Assembly: GCF_018350175.1 (NCBI RefSeq)
Contig: NC_058368.1
Location: 148,430,001 to 148,494,000, forward strand
DNA length: 64,000 bases
DNA from: Felis catus
Lineage: Eukaryota
Direction: 5' to 3'
Numbering within the stretch: the stretch's first letter is position 1; each line of letters starts with the position of its first letter. A program made the translations under genes and the position numbers. This document shows, one piece after another, positions 13,264 through 26,842 of the stretch. Under the pieces are notes generated by a model, which was not told the DNA's origin, did not search any database, and worked only from the letters and a program-made list of their open reading frames with translations.

Positions 13264-13962
13264 GAGTCTTTTAAGGTATCTCCATACTATTCTCCAGAGT
13301 GACTGCACCACTCTGAATTCCACTTTCTCCACAACCTCACCAACACCTGTTATTTCTTGTGTTGTTAATTCAGAAATTCTGACAGGTGTGAGGTGATATC
13401 TCATTATAGTTTTGGATTGTATTTCCCTGATGATGAGTAATGTTGAGCATCTTTTCCTGTGTCTTTTAGCCATCTGGATGTCTTCTTTGGAAAAATGTCC
13501 CTTCATATCTGTCCATTTTTTAACTGGATTATCTGTGTTTTGGGTGTTGAGTTTGATAAATTCTTTATAGATTTTGGATACTAACCCTTTATCAGATATG
13601 TCATTTGTAAATATCTTCTTCTATTCTGCAGGTTGCCTTTTAGTTTTTTTTTATTTTTTCTTTGTTATGCAGAAGCTTTTTATCTTGCTGAGGTCCCAAT
13701 AGTTCATGTTTGCTTTTGTTTCCCTTGCTTTGGTGACCTGTAGTAAGAATTTGCTCCTGTGTTGTACTCTAGGATTTTTACTCCTGTCTCATATTTAGGT
13801 CTTTCATCCATTTTGAATTAATTTTTGTGTATGGTGTAAGGAAAGGTCCCATTTCATTGTTTTGCATGTTGCTGTCCAGGTTTCCCAACATCATTTGTTG
13901 AAGAGACTGTCTTTTTTTCCATTGGATATTCTTTCATGCTTTGTTGAAGATTATTTGACCAT
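13264..13962 (-). mobile_element. Carnivore L1 ORF2 3' part: inverted 5' segment of a twin-primed insertion
   Basis: ORF track 13246-13506(-) [40 protein letters not shown] = L1 ORF2 C-terminal cysteine-rich region. Confidence 0.93.
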
Positions 13963-14376
13963 ATAGCTACCCTATGACCCAGCAATTGCATTACTAGGTA
14001 TTTATCCAAAGGATACAAAAATACTGGCTCAAAGAAACACATGTATCCTGGAGATCATTATCAACAATAGCCAAATTATGGAAAGAGTTCAAATGTTCAT
14101 CGACTGATGAGTGGATAAAGAAGAAGAATGTAGGGGCACCTGGGTGGCGCAGTCGGTTAAGGTCCGACTTCAGCCAGGTCACGATCTCGCGGTCCATGAG
14201 TTCTAGCCCCACGTCAGGCTCTGGGCTGATGGCTCGGAGCCTGGAGCCTGTTTCCGATTCTGTGTCTCCCTCTCTCTCTGCCCCTCCCCCGTTCATGCTC
14301 TGTCTCTCTCTGTCCCAAAAATAAATAAAAAACGTTGAAAAAAAATTAAAAAAAAAAAAAGAAGAAGAATGTACAC

Positions 14377-14426
<50 letters not shown>

Positions 14427-14841
14427 TGGAATATTACTCAGCCATCAAAAAAGAATAAAATCTTGCTCTTTGCAATGACATGCATAGAGCTTGAATGTTT
14501 TATGCTAAGCAAAACAAGTCAATCAGAGAAAGGCAAATACTATACGATTTCATTCATATCTGGAATTTAAGAAACAAAACAGATGAGCATAGGAGAAGGG
14601 AGAAAAACAGAGAGGGAGGAAAACCATAAAAGAGTCTTAACCTATAGAGAAAAAACTGAGAGTTGATGGAAGGGAGCTGGTGGGGGGGGGGGGATGGACT
14701 AAACAGATGATGGGTATTAAGGAGGGCACTTGTGAGGATCCCTGGGCATTATATGTAAGTGATGAGTCACTATATTCTACTCCTGAAACCAATATTACAA
14801 CTATATGTTAAATAACTAGAATTTAAATAAAAACTTGAAAC
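13963..14841 (+). mobile_element. Carnivore L1 3' end (sense segment of the same insertion), interrupted by a SINE and (CA)n
   Basis: atagctaccctatgacccagcaattgcattactagg...G-rich 3'UTR...ctagaatttaaataaaaacttgaaa. Confidence 0.93.
14133..14358 (+). mobile_element. Young SINEC_Fc inserted in L1
   Basis: CpG-rich young consensus (cagccaggtcacgatctcgcggtcc); 15-bp TSD AAGAAGAAGAATGTA (14118-14132 / 14359-14373). Confidence 0.97.
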
Positions 14842-15119
14842 AAAATTTTTAAAAAGCACAAAATTAGACTCAAATAGAAAGGTATTTCCCTGCTTTTGCA
14901 TAGGATGACTCAACATTATTTAATATCAGTTGTCCCGAGTATACAAATACAATGCAATCCTATATGAAAATATCAATAAGTCTTTTAAGGAAAAAAAGTT
15001 ATAGCATAATGATATTAATATTAATGATATTGTTGATAGAATATAAATGGTATAAGACATTGTTAGGAAGTTAGAAATTCATGCATATTATAAATATGTG
15101 TAAGATCCAACACAATTTT

Positions 15120-15333
15120 TTTTAATTTTTTCTTAACATTTATTTATCTTTGAGAGACAGAGTGTGAGTGGGGGAGGGGTGGATAGAGAAACAGGGAAAC
15201 AAAGAATCCAAAGCAGGCTCCAGGTTCCAAGCCCTCAGCACAGAGCCTGATGCAAGGCTCAAACCCACAAACAGGGAGATCATGACCCGAGTGGAAGTCG
15301 TATGCTCAACCAACTGAGCCACCCAGGTGCCCC
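15120..15333 (-). mobile_element. CanSINE
   Basis: Complete SINE; TSD CCAACACAA(A)TTTTT. Confidence 0.95.
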
Positions 15334-15519
15334 CCAACACAAATTTTTCATGTTTATGTCAACTCTTATACAGTTATCTCAGGCGATCACATACAAAGTA
15401 GATATTGAGAAGGAAGGACACTCTATATCAATGTGAACGTGAAATTTCATCCTTCTTAATTTCAAAATTTTATAGTCATAATAAGTACTATTTTTTCAGT
15501 TGATCCAATAATCTTTTAA

Positions 15520-15733
15520 ATTTTTTTTTGTTTATTTATTTTTGAGAGAGAAGGAGAGCGAGAGAGAGCAGGGGAGGGGCAGAGAGAGGGAAACAGAGAA
15601 TCCCAAGCAGGCTCTGTGCCTGCTGCTGACAGCGTAAAGCCCAGCAGAAGGCTCCTACTCATGAACCTTGAGATCATAACATAACTCCAAATCAAGAATC
15701 AGGCACTCAACCAACTAAGCCACCCAGGCACCC
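15520..15733 (-). mobile_element. CanSINE (older type)
   Basis: 19-bp perfect TSD TGATCCAATAATCTTTTAA (15501-15519 / 15734-15752). Confidence 0.95.
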
Positions 15734-15960
15734 TGATCCAATAATCTTTTAATGACGTGCCAAATTCTTCTTTATTCTTAATCTGAGGAGTTCAATTCTG
15801 GACCTTCTTTTAGGAGCTGGTTCACTTTTCCAGCCATGTGAAGTGTTTATGCAAAAGACATACGCTCTCAAGCATAAGGCAATAGTTTTTCCATATCCTT
15901 TTATCTTGTTTGATACAGAAATTCTCCATACCTTTACATTTGTTTTAAGAAAAAAATATG

Positions 15961-16182
15961 GGGGCGCCTGGGTGTCTCAGTCGGTTAAGCATCCATCTTC
16001 AGCTCAGGTCATGATCTCACGGTGCATGAGTTCGAGCCCCGTGTCAGGCTCTGTGCTGACAGCTCAGAGCCTGGAGCCGGGAGCCTGCTTTGAATTCTGT
16101 GTCTCCCTCTCTCTCTGACCCTCCCCCATTCATGCTCTGTCTCTCTCTGTCTCAGAAATAAATAAACGTTGAAAAAAAAAAA
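15961..16182 (+). mobile_element. CanSINE (SINEC_Fc)
   Basis: Complete SINE with an extra GGAGCC unit; A-rich TSD ending ATATG. Confidence 0.95.
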
Positions 16183-16984
16183 AAGAAAAATATATGTACT
16201 TTATTTTTACAGCAGTTTTAAGTTTACAGAGAGATTGAGTAGGAAATGGTTTCCATATATCCAAATACTTTCTTATTTTATTAACATCTTACATTTGTGT
16301 GATATATTTATTACAACTGATGTAATAAATGTAACAATTGTTGATTATACAATGATGGAATCATTGATAACATTTATTATACTTGGTTGGCTAATATTAC
16401 TTTTTATTAATCAAAGGCCATTACATTAGGTTTGACCCTTTGTATTGTACATTCTACGGACTTTGACAAACATATAGTGTCATGTATTCACCATTCCAGT
16501 ATCATATAAAATAAGTTCACTGCCCTAAATATCCCCTGAACTCCACCTATTTATCATTCTTTTCCCCTTAACTCCTAGAAACCACTGATCTTTCACAATC
16601 TTTATGGTTTTGATTTTTCCCGAATGTCATACAGTTGAAATCATATAGTATGTATGTATCTCCTCAAAATAGTGTCTTTAACTTAGTCATATGCATTTAA
16701 GTTCTTCCACATATTTTCCTGGCTGAAGAGTCAATTTGTTAAATCACTGAATAATGTTTAATTATATGGATACAACACAGTTTGCTTATCCATTCACCTG
16801 TGCTTAAATTGTTTTTCTTTCTCTAGAGTCTTCTGGTGGAAGGACTTTATTAATATTCCATTTTTCTTCTTTCCTAAATATATGTATTTAATGCTATAAA
16901 TTTCCCTCTAAGCAACTCCAAAGCATTGTATCCCCAAAATATTACAAAGGTGTATTTTCACTTTCATTTGTTTCAATACATATA

Positions 16985-16992
<8 letters not shown>

Positions 16993-17037
<45 letters not shown>
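16993..17037. repeat. (TA)n microsatellite
   Basis: Perfect dinucleotide run. Confidence 0.97.
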
Positions 17038-17040
<3 letters not shown>

Positions 17041-17063
17041 ATGTTCTCTTAAGGCTTCTTTTT

Positions 17064-17305
17064 CTTTTCTTTTTTTTTTTTCTTCCTCTTCCTTTTTTTG
17101 TTTTAAATCTTTACTTTGAGAGAGGGAGAGACAGAGCGTGAACAGGGTAAGGACAGAGAAAGAGGGAGACACAGAATCCCAAGCGGGCTCCAGGCTCTGA
17201 GCTGTCAGTCTAGGGCTGAGTTTGAGGGGCTCAAACTCACGCACCGTGAGATCATGACCTGAGTTGAAGTCTGAGGTTTAACGGACTGAGCCACCCAGAT
17301 GCCCC
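17064..17305 (-). mobile_element. CanSINE inserted in L1
   Basis: TSD TTAA(G/A)GCTTCTTTTT on both sides. Confidence 0.95.
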
Positions 17306-20300
17306 TTAAAGCTTCTTTTTCAACCATGTATTACTTAGAAGTGTGTGGTTTAATCTCTAAATGTTTGGTAAGTCTTCTTCTATCTTTCCATTGATTGATA
17401 GCTAATCAATGTTGTGTTTTGAGAATATACTTTGTATGACTTCTATTTTAAAACATTTGTTAAGGTGTTTTATAGTCCAAAATTCGATCCATTGGGTGGG
17501 TGTTCCTTGTCAGCTTTAGGAAAATGTGCATTATACTGTTCTGGGGTAAAACACTGTATAATAGACAATTAGATCAAGTTTGTTGATATTACTCTCAGGC
17601 CAACTTTGCCATATGGATTTTCTTCCTTAATCAATAAATCGCTGAAAAAAAGTGTTGAAGTCTAGAACTATGATAGTGATTTGTCTATTTTTGCAATTCT
17701 TGCAGTGTTAACATGTATTTTTATGTTTTATTCTTAAATTGTAGCTATTTACTAAAATTTGATATCTTTATGATTGTGTAATACTGCCCCTTATCCCTGA
17801 TAATTTTCTAAAGTATGCTTTGAATTTAATACAACTATTCCAGTTTTCTCATTAGCATTATCATGGTATATCTTTTTCCACCATTTTGCTCTTTTAAAAC
17901 ATTTATTGAGATATAATTCACTATTGCTTTACTTTTTACCTGAATCTTTATATTTAAAGTGGGTTTCAGAGAGACAAATTATGGCTAGGTCTCATTTTTT
18001 ATTAACTCTGAAGATCCCCATCTTTTAACTGATGTATTTGACCATTTGCACATAAGGTGATTATAGATTTACTGGGGTTATCTATTACCTTTGTGATTGC
18101 TTTCTATTTACTGCACTTGTCTGTTTCTTTTCCCTCTTTTTCTGTGTTCTCTGGTTTTAATTGAACATTTTACATGATTCCATTTTATTACTTCATGTAG
18201 CATACAAATTAACTTCTGTTTTTAGTTGGTTTAGTTTTGCCTTAAGAGACTGAAATACACACCCACATCTACCTTCAAATAAGATTATATTATTTCTGTT
18301 GTAATACAGGTAATTTACACCAGAGTGTGATGCCTCTCTTCAATCTGTCTTTCCTTTGCTGCCATTTATATCATTCATTCACATCTATAATAACTCAGAG
18401 ATTTTTATTATTCTTACCTTAAACAAAACTATTTTTTAAATGAAGAATGAGAAAAGTACAAATTTTATTTTACCTTCTTTTATTCCTTCTCTAACGAACT
18501 TCCTTTCTTTTTGTAGATGCTGGTATCTGATCTACATCATTTTATTTTTTCCCTTAAAAACTTATCTTGCAGTGCCAGTCTGCTGTTAATGAATTATCTT
18601 AATTTCTGTTTTTCTGAGAAAATATTTTTCCTTACTTTTGAATGATGATTTTGCTAAATATACAATTTTAGTTTTTTTTTCCTTTCAATACACTAAATAT
18701 TTCTCTATGCTTCCTTCCTGCTTACATGGTTTCTAATGAATAGTCCACATCCTTATAGTTTTCTTTCATACATAAAGTGTTTTATATTCTCAAGATTCTT
18801 TCATGATCTTCTCTTTGTCCTTTTCGGCAGTTTTAATATGAAATGTCTGTAAGTACATTTTGTTTGTTTTTATCCTGCGTCGTTTCTCTGAGATTCTTGA
18901 ATCCATAGCTTGGTGTATTATTAATATGGAAAATTCTTGGCCATTGTTACTTAAGTTTTTCTGCTAGATTTCCTCTTTCTTTTTTCTTCTGGCACTGTAA
19001 GTTTATATTACACCTTTTTATATTCATTTTTACCTTTACTTTTCAATTTGTGAAGTTTCTTTGGATGTATCTTCAAGCTCACCAATTCTGTCCTCAGCTG
19101 GCTCCAGTCCACCAGTGAACCCATTAAAAGTATTATGCATTCTTACTGCAATCTGTTTTAATATTTAACAATTTCTTTGGAGTTTTTTCTTATAATTTCT
19201 TCTCCCTGATTACATTATCCACATCTTCTTTGCACGGTGGCTACTTTTTTTTTTCTATTGGAGTACTTAATATATTAATTATACTTATTTAAATTTCCCA
19301 TTTGACAATTCCAAATTCTATGCCATGTCTGAATCTGGTTCTGACACTTGCTCCATCTATTAGAACTTTTTTCTTTGCTTTTTTGCATGCCTTATAACAT
19401 TTTTTCTTCAAAAGTCAGACATGATGTGTAGGATAATAAGAGCTGAGGTAAATGGGCTTACAGTGTGAGGATTTATGTTAATAAAGCTGGGAGTTGGACT
19501 GAGTTAATGTTTGCCATAGTTGTAGATGACAAAGGCTTTAAATTCTCTAGATGACAAGGACATTAAATTCTCTACTTCTAATACCTTTTTTGTTTGTTTT
19601 TCTCTCTTATCTTTAGTCTTCCCTTTGTACTCCTGCTTAGAGAGTCCTAGCTTCAAACCTTTCAGTTATAATCCATTGTAATTATAATGGAGACCTTTTG
19701 TGTGATGAGATGGTGTGGGTTGGGGAAGTAGGCTACATTCTCTGATTAAATTTTCATCTTTTACTGTGCCTGTGCCCCTGGACTGTAACATGAAGAAGTG
19801 TTTCTAGCATTATCCTCCACTCATAGGTTGGACAGGAAGTCAGGTTGGGACTTCAGTCAGAGGAATGTTCTTCCCTCATGTTGAGATAATGCTCATGTAA
19901 TGTATTTTTCTCCAGAGAATTAATCTTTGTTGTGGGCAAGTCTCTGGATGAATTTCACAAAGGTTATTCTTTCCTGGTGCTGGTGAGAACATCATACAGA
20001 TCTCCTTGATAATCTGGTGGTGTTCTTGGAGGTAAATCTCATGAAAATATGGAGGCCTCTCTAACACTGAAGCTCCCAGGATTTTCTTTTCCTCACATTA
20101 CTCCACATTCATCTTCTGTGAGCATTACTATTTAAGCATCCCTACCTTTATAGCTCTAATGCATTCTGTTCCAGCTAAGCTTATCTTGGTTATAATTGTC
20201 TGGGTAAGCCTTATCTCCAGATTTCAAGGTCATGGTTTTTCCTGCAAAGTCAGCTGTATGATGAATCCATGAGTGTCCTTAATTTTCAGTTTATTCAGCT

Positions 20301-21951
20301 TCTACACAAAGCCCTGACACAGTCCAAGAATGTTACATGACCAAAATAATACTGGAAGTCCAACTTTTTTTTTTTTTTTTAACTATTCCACTGGATGTTT
20401 CCTACCTATGATTTCCCAGTATCCTTGAATTTTCTTGTTTCTCACTAGTATTTAGATTTCAATTTGCCATTCTGCTAAGTTCCATCATGCTTTCCACTTC
20501 TGAAAATCATTGTGACATTTCTCCCTCTTAGCAATTGGGGATTTTAAAATGCCTGTTTAAAAATTATAACATCCTTTACTGTTTTAATATTTGACTTCTC
20601 AAGAGGAAAGTACTTGTATTCAATCTGTAACTTTAATAAGAAAGAATGCACACACACAACACACACACACATTTTTAGTTAGCAACAACTGGCACTCAGA
20701 GATAACATTTAATTATGTGGAAACTGTGTGGGGCGTTTATTTTGTTTCTGTTTTCTTTTTCTGGAAAATCTCATTCCCTAAAGACATTTCTCAAATGGCA
20801 TATATAATAGAATATGGAGAAAATAATTTTCTTGGATTTGTTCTGTTGAAGAAGATTTTTTTTTTTTTTACAAAATAAGCTATTTGGAAAGATATTATTA
20901 AAATGTTAGCAAAAATGTCATTTAGCAAGATGCTACTAAAATAGGCCTCATGTTAATAATTATGCAAATTGTCCTGCTAAAGGTTTTGATAAAATATTTA
21001 GTCCTGTATTTGAAATTGTTCTAGATACAGGGACCAAATGTTCAGACATAAATAAAATTTCTTTTGAAAAAATATTAAATATCTTCTCTAGAGTTAGTTC
21101 ATTAAATTAAATATAACATTAACTTGCACAGAAACTCAGTGCACATGCATAGGATAGCTTCTGGAAGTTATAAAGTTTTGTCCTACTTTTCTTATGTCTT
21201 TCCACCAAAAGTAAGACTTTAAAAGTATTTAATTTTTATTTCATGCCTTCCTGGTTTATTTTCTTGGTGTTGTTTTTTCTTGAATTATCCTTCTGCCTTT
21301 TTCTTTCTTTCTTTTTTTCTTTCTTTTCTTCTTTTTTTTTTTTTTTTTAATCTAGTAGACTGTGCTCTTGAAGTCTTGCTGCAAAAACAAAGGAAATTTC
21401 AGGCAAGTAAAAAAAAAAAAAAATCCAACTGCTGAATTTTTCCTGCCAGTTTTTGTGGAATTGTTATAAGGAGGGTACCTAGAAGTCTATCCAGGTTAAA
21501 AATGCAAATTCAGAAGTTCTGAAGTGTGTTAAGTATAAGAGTTTTATGATTTCTTATAGATAATACACCTTTTCCTGTGGGATTACATTTGACATCTGTG
21601 ATTGTATAAGTCAACATGAAAGCACATTGGATTTAGATACTACTTATGGACTCTGCTCCTACACAGTGTGGTGAATTGGTATAAACTTAATGAATGGTTT
21701 ATACCACTGCCTTTGTGTTACCAACATTTGTCTACCAGTTCATTATGTATTCTAAAGTAAGGTCTAATATTAAACTAAATGGTGTGAATCACAGTGAGCA
21801 TATGCGTAGTGTCCCAAATTGCTCAACTCTGCTAGTGATTTTATCCATTTTTCAATTTATCAATTTAACTTATCTAATTGTTACATTAACATATAATTTA
21901 TCATAATTTTGACATTCTTATATAATATAATATATTTTACAACACTACATT

Positions 21952-22160
21952 GGGGTGTCTGGTTGGCTCAGTCAATTAAATGTCTGACTTTGGCTCAGGT
22001 CATGATCTTGTGGTTCATGAGTTTGAGTCCTGCATCAGGTTCTCTGCTGTCAACATGGAGCCCACTTTGGATCCTCTGTTCCCCTATCTCTCTGTCCCTC
22101 CCCTGCTCATGCTCTCTCTTGCTCTCTCTCACTCTCTCCCAAAAATAAACATTTAAAATA
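21952..22160 (+). mobile_element. CanSINE
   Basis: Complete SINE; TSD ending ACTACATT. Confidence 0.94.
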
Positions 22161-22214
22161 AAACTACATTAGAAAAAGTTATAAAATAATAATGCTTTAT
22201 AAAGGATAAAGCCA

Positions 22215-22500
22215 CTAAAACATGTTTTAAGGAGGTTTTTCTGCAAACATAAATATTCACTTCCGTTGGGAAATACCTAGGAGAGAAATTATTGGATTAT
22301 TTGTGAAGTTTGGGTTTTTCTTTTTAACAAACTACCAAACTGTTTACCTTTTTATTTTACCTTTCCAACCAGTAATATCTGAGGGTTCCAATTTCTCTAC
22401 TTTTTCATCAAAATTTTGATTTTGTCTGTTTTTTTAAATTATAGACATTCTACTAATGTATAGTTATATTACATTGTAGTTTTAATATGCATTTCCTAAT
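22215..22500 (-). mobile_element. Old L1 (L1M) ORF2 3' fragment
   Basis: gggaaatacctaggagagaaattattgg...aaactaccaaactgttt...gagggttccaatttctctac...cattgtagttttaatatgcatttcctaat. Confidence 0.75.
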
Positions 22501-23000
22501 GCAATGAAAATAATAAAAGTGGAATAAATAAATGAATATGATAAAAATAGTACCAATGATGAAGGTATAAGTATCCTTTTAACAAAAAAGAAGCAGTAAA
22601 AAGCTTTTCAAAGCTCTGAGTGGGCATAGAGCAAGAAATCCTATTGGGACCTTATACTTCGTTTGTGAAGCAAGCATTTATAGCATGACTTGATCAACTG
22701 GTGAAATTTTAGAGAATAACGGCTTAGAAGTAATAGAATCTTTATATCTGAAAAAAAGAAATCTCTTGACAGATGGCTTTGTTGTGCTGTGAAAATTGTC
22801 CTCACACTTAAAATGAGGCAAATATTATTAATTTGTCTTTAGCCTTAGTATCATCCATACTGAAAATATTTAGAACGTAGCTATGTTTATAAGACCAAAG
22901 TAAATACTATCAACATTGTCAAGGATAAATTGAAGGACAGTTTATTTTTTTCCATAAACTATGTGACACTATTTGCTAATATCTTTGCTAGAAATAGAGT

Positions 23001-23055
23001 GAAATAAAATAAAATGAAATAAAATAAAATAAAATAAAATAAAATAAAATAATAA
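23001..23055. repeat. (AAAAT)n pentanucleotide repeat
   Basis: Direct observation. Confidence 0.93.
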
Positions 23056-23261
23056 AGGGGATGGACATAAAATGGGGATATGAGCATACCTACTTTTTGC
23101 CAAGATGTAGTATTAACATTTTTAGTCAATATAGCAATAAAATGTTCATACTACTGCTTTATTATGTGACAACAAACAACTTTTCCTTGTGCTTGGCTGG
23201 TAGACTATCTTTCCCTCATGTGATTGAAAAGGAAGAAGAGAGCTAAAATTTCCTGAGGGAT

Positions 23262-23358
23262 TACCAACTGTAGGCAGACATTGCATTAGATTCTTTAAAT
23301 ATCTTATCTCTTTAATCCTCACAATAAATCTGCTAGGAAGAGAATTATCTCTTTATAG
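23262..23358 (-). mobile_element. MIR fragment
   Basis: taggcagacattgcattagattcttta...tctctttaatcctcacaataa...attatctctttatag. Confidence 0.6.
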
Positions 23359-23436
23359 TGGACCAGAGCAGTTCTTAGTTTATCAGCTTTGAGATTAAAC
23401 TGGGCTCTTCTTAAAGGAATTTGCTATAAGAGTGAG

Positions 23437-23441
<5 letters not shown>

Positions 23442-23490
<49 letters not shown>
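23442..23490. repeat. (TC)n microsatellite
   Basis: Perfect dinucleotide run. Confidence 0.97.
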
Positions 23491-23495
<5 letters not shown>

Positions 23496-23715
23496 CTTTT
23501 AAACATCAGGAGAAACTGATTCAATACAATTTTAACACCAGATAATTTTAAGCAACACATATACACACAAGCATACTCATATAAAAGTACACATTATATT
23601 TTCCGTCATGAATTTAAATACCCAATGGACAAGATTTGCTATATATTACTTTGTTGTTTTCAAATTTAGGCTTTTGTGTTATATTATTACATTCAAAAAG
23701 TTCTATTCCCTAAAC

Positions 23716-23925
23716 CATAGGTCAGAAAAGGTGGCTCATGGCCAAATCAGGTCCCTATATTTTTATTAATAAAGTTTTATAGAAGTAAAGAGCCCACAAT
23801 TTACATACTGCTTATGACTGTTTTTGTGCCCCAACATCCTAGTTCAATGGATATGATAGAGATCATTTGGCCACAAGAACTAAAATATCATTAGTTGTTT
23901 TACAGAAAATATTTGCCAACCACTG
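23716..23925. mobile_element. MER58A-like hAT-Charlie MITE
   Basis: ggccaaatcagg...taaagttttat...tggccacaagaactaaaatat...ttacagaaaatatttgccaaccactg. Confidence 0.8.
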
Positions 23926-24898
23926 CCTCAAGATATTCTGCCCTTTAAATTTTTCATACAGGATTTGGAGTTCAAGTCTTCCGTGAAAACTTCCAGGAAA
24001 CCAATCCTTATTGTTATTGATCCTTATCCTTATTGTTTCTACTAATGACTTCAATAGTTACCTAATTCATGTATATGATTATCTTTGATTTATTTCCCTG
24101 AACATACGATCTTTAGTTAAGATAAGCATATATGCTGTGCCAATGCCACTGCATTATCATATTCATAAGGATAAAGGTTGTATATACTGCTCTTGTTGAA
24201 CTCTTCCTTAATATACAATCAGTAATGGTTAGGGATACAATGTGTACTCAATGAAATTTTAAAATTTCACGCAAACCAAGCCCTTAGTTGTTTTTTGATT
24301 CCTCTACCAAAACAGCAAATTACAACAGTAAAATCAAAACTCCTTAGTTATATTCTTACAAAATGAAGCTATATTCCCCATATTTCAGTTTTGTGAGGAA
24401 ATAATTACAACAGCAGTTTTTAGAACTCTGGATTTATAAAGCAGCATTTCTAGGAAAGAAATAACAAAGAAACTAGAATCTGCCAACAATAAGTGTTGAA
24501 ACTTAGGAGACAGTGAAGAAAACAGCAATAGGCAGTATATTATCCACAAAATACCCATAAAAGGAAACAAAACAAAACAAAACAAAAGAGTCACTACTCA
24601 TTTATCCTAAAAAGAACAAGCATTTACCATGGAATTCTGCCCATACAAAATAACATCATCTTTCTGGATCAAATGATTTAGTGGGTTTTTTTTCTTATGG
24701 ATGTATCACTTTGTTTACTTTAACTTCAGGGGAATTACAAGGATATAAGCAGTTATTAAATAAGCATATTGTACAAATAAGAGGAAATTTTCATAAACAA
24801 TCACAGTTTTACCATGATCTGACTATGCAATAAAACAGAATTAACAAAAATTTTTTAAAGTAAAACACCCAGGGAAATTTAGAAATACTCAGTAGCCT

Positions 24899-25074
24899 GG
24901 GGTGTCTGGGTGGCTCAATCGGTTAAGCAGCCAATTCTTGATTTCAGCTCAAGTCATGACTCAAGATTTATGAGATCAAGCCCTGCATTAGGCCCTGCAC
25001 TGAGAGCACCAAGGCCTGATTGGGATTCTCTCCCTCTCTCTCTCCCTCTCTTTCTGCCCCTCCCCTGCTCATGG

Positions 25075-25105
<31 letters not shown>

Positions 25106-25122
25106 ATAAATAAACATTTAAA
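24899..25122 (+). mobile_element. CanSINE (older type)
   Basis: Complete SINE; TSD ending CAGTAGCCT. Confidence 0.95.
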
Positions 25123-25611
25123 AATATAACCAGTAGCCTATAACTAGTGAATATTAAATGAGTGTAGAAAACTGTGTGATTACATCTACTAATATATATA
25201 TTTGGCATACTTTATATTAATCAAGTATATACTTAATTGCTTTTTAATACATACTGAATCAGGATATACTTAATGATCCAAAAACAAGGCTACTCAAGTT
25301 ATTACTTAATATGTAATTAACCTTTGTCATGTATTTAACTATATTTCTTTCTTAAATTATATATGTCAAGAATTATTTAGAAAGAATGCTGATGAAGTAT
25401 GGTAAGATTTACTAGTAAGGTTAAGCATGACTGTTTTCATTAAAAGTGTGAATGTTTATACAGAAATTCATACACTGTTTCAAAATATATGAAACATATT
25501 ATTTTTTCAAAACATATTATTTATATAGAACTCATGCAAATTTTTAGAGAAAAAAAAGGAAAAACTGTATGAAGTAAAGTTCTATCCAAACATTATCATT
25601 TTCTTTATTTT

Positions 25612-25970
25612 TAGATGTTTTATTGTTAATGTATAGAAACATCAATGATTTCTGTATGTTGACTTCATATCCTGCAATTTTCGTGAATTTGTTGATAGTT
25701 CTAAGAGTTTTTTTGGTTGATTCTATAGGATTTTCAATATACAAGATGACATCATATGCAAATAATGACAATTTTACTTCTTCCATTTCAATTTGGATGC
25801 ATTTTAGTTTTTGACTTGACTAATTTCTCTGGCTAAGAGAACACTACTATGTTGAATAAGAATGATGAGAGAGTGCACTCTTGTCTGATTCCTGATCTTA
25901 GAGGAAAAACCTTCACCCTTTCACTATTATATAAGAGATTAGCTATGTGTATGTCATATATGGCCTTTCT
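25612..25970 (-). mobile_element. L1 ORF2 RT fragment (inverted 5' segment)
   Basis: ORF track 25544-25786(-) EEVKLSLFAYDVILYIENP...KIAGYEVNIQKSLMFLYINN = L1 RT FADD-motif region. Confidence 0.92.
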
Positions 25971-26254
25971 GAACCAATGGTAGTAATGTAAATTGATTTA
26001 GTCATTATGAAAAATAGTATGAAGTCTCCTCAAAAAAATTAAAAACAGAACTACCATATAATCCAGCAATTCTTCTAGGTTAAAAAAAAAGAATATCAAG
26101 GTGATATCTGCACTCCCATGTTCATTGCAGTATTATTAACAATAGCCAAGATATGAAAATAATCTAAGTGTCCATCAGTGGACAAATGGATAAAGTGGAT
26201 GCGTAATACATAAACAATTGAATAATATTCTGCCACGAGAAAGAAGGATATCTA

Positions 26255-26486
26255 GGGGTGCATGGGTGTCAGTTGAGTGTCCTACTCTTGATTTCAGCTT
26301 AGGTCATGATCTCATGGTTTCTTGAGTTCAAGCCCTATGACAGGTTCTGCGTATTGACTGTGGGAGCCTGCTTGGGATTCTCCCTCTCTCCCTCTCTCAC
26401 TGTTCCTCTGCTGCTCACACCCTCTAGGTCTCTTTCAAAATAAATTAGTAAACTTAAAAAAAAAAAAGAAGAAGAAGAAGGAAGGA
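26255..26486 (+). mobile_element. CanSINE (older type) in L1
   Basis: SINE head/body/tail interrupting L1 aagaaggaaatcttgccatttgc. Confidence 0.92.
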
Positions 26487-26633
26487 AAGAAATCTTGCCA
26501 TTTGCAACATTAGGGAAAGGACTTTGATGAAAATATACTAAATGGGGTAAGTCAGACAGAGAAAGACAAATACTGTGGATATCATTTATATGTGATGTCT
26601 AAAAAAGCCAGACTTAAAAATACAAAGAGGAGA

Positions 26634-26842
26634 GGGGCGCCTGGGTGGCTCCATCGGTAAAGCATCTGACTTCTGCTCAGTTCATGATCTCACAGCTTGT
26701 GAGTTCAAGCCCCATGTTGGGCTCTGTGCTAACAGCTCAGAGCCTGGAGCCTGCTTCAGATTCATTGTTTCCCTCTCTCTCTGCCCTTCTCCCACTCTCT
26801 CTCTCTCTCTCAAGAATAAATAAAACATTTAAATTTTTTTTT
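26634..26842 (+). mobile_element. CanSINE (SINEC_Fc) in L1
   Basis: 17-bp TSD AAAATACAAAGAGGAGA (26617-26633 / 26843-26859). Confidence 0.96.

Larger units (their letters stand above)
16196..20361 (-). mobile_element. Old L1 (L1MC1/2-like), near full-length with a large internal ORF2 deletion
   Basis: L1MC-type 3'UTR at 16196-16800 (actttatttttacagcagttttaagtttacag...), abrupt jump to ORF2 endonuclease-region sequence at ~16800, then ORF1 and 5' region ending ctggaagtc at ~20360. Confidence 0.82.

Noticed and set aside
19525..19575. Short tandem duplications (~21-34 bp) here and at ~31805-31873, ~34405-34455 and ~54502-54540
   Set aside because: Two-copy slippage duplications inside decayed L1s; not CRISPR-like or functional arrays
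21677..21706. Perfect 10-bp inverted repeat TGGTATAAAC...GTTTATACCA
   Set aside because: Too short for a pre-miRNA or MITE, no TSD, and plausible by chance in 64 kb of AT-rich DNA
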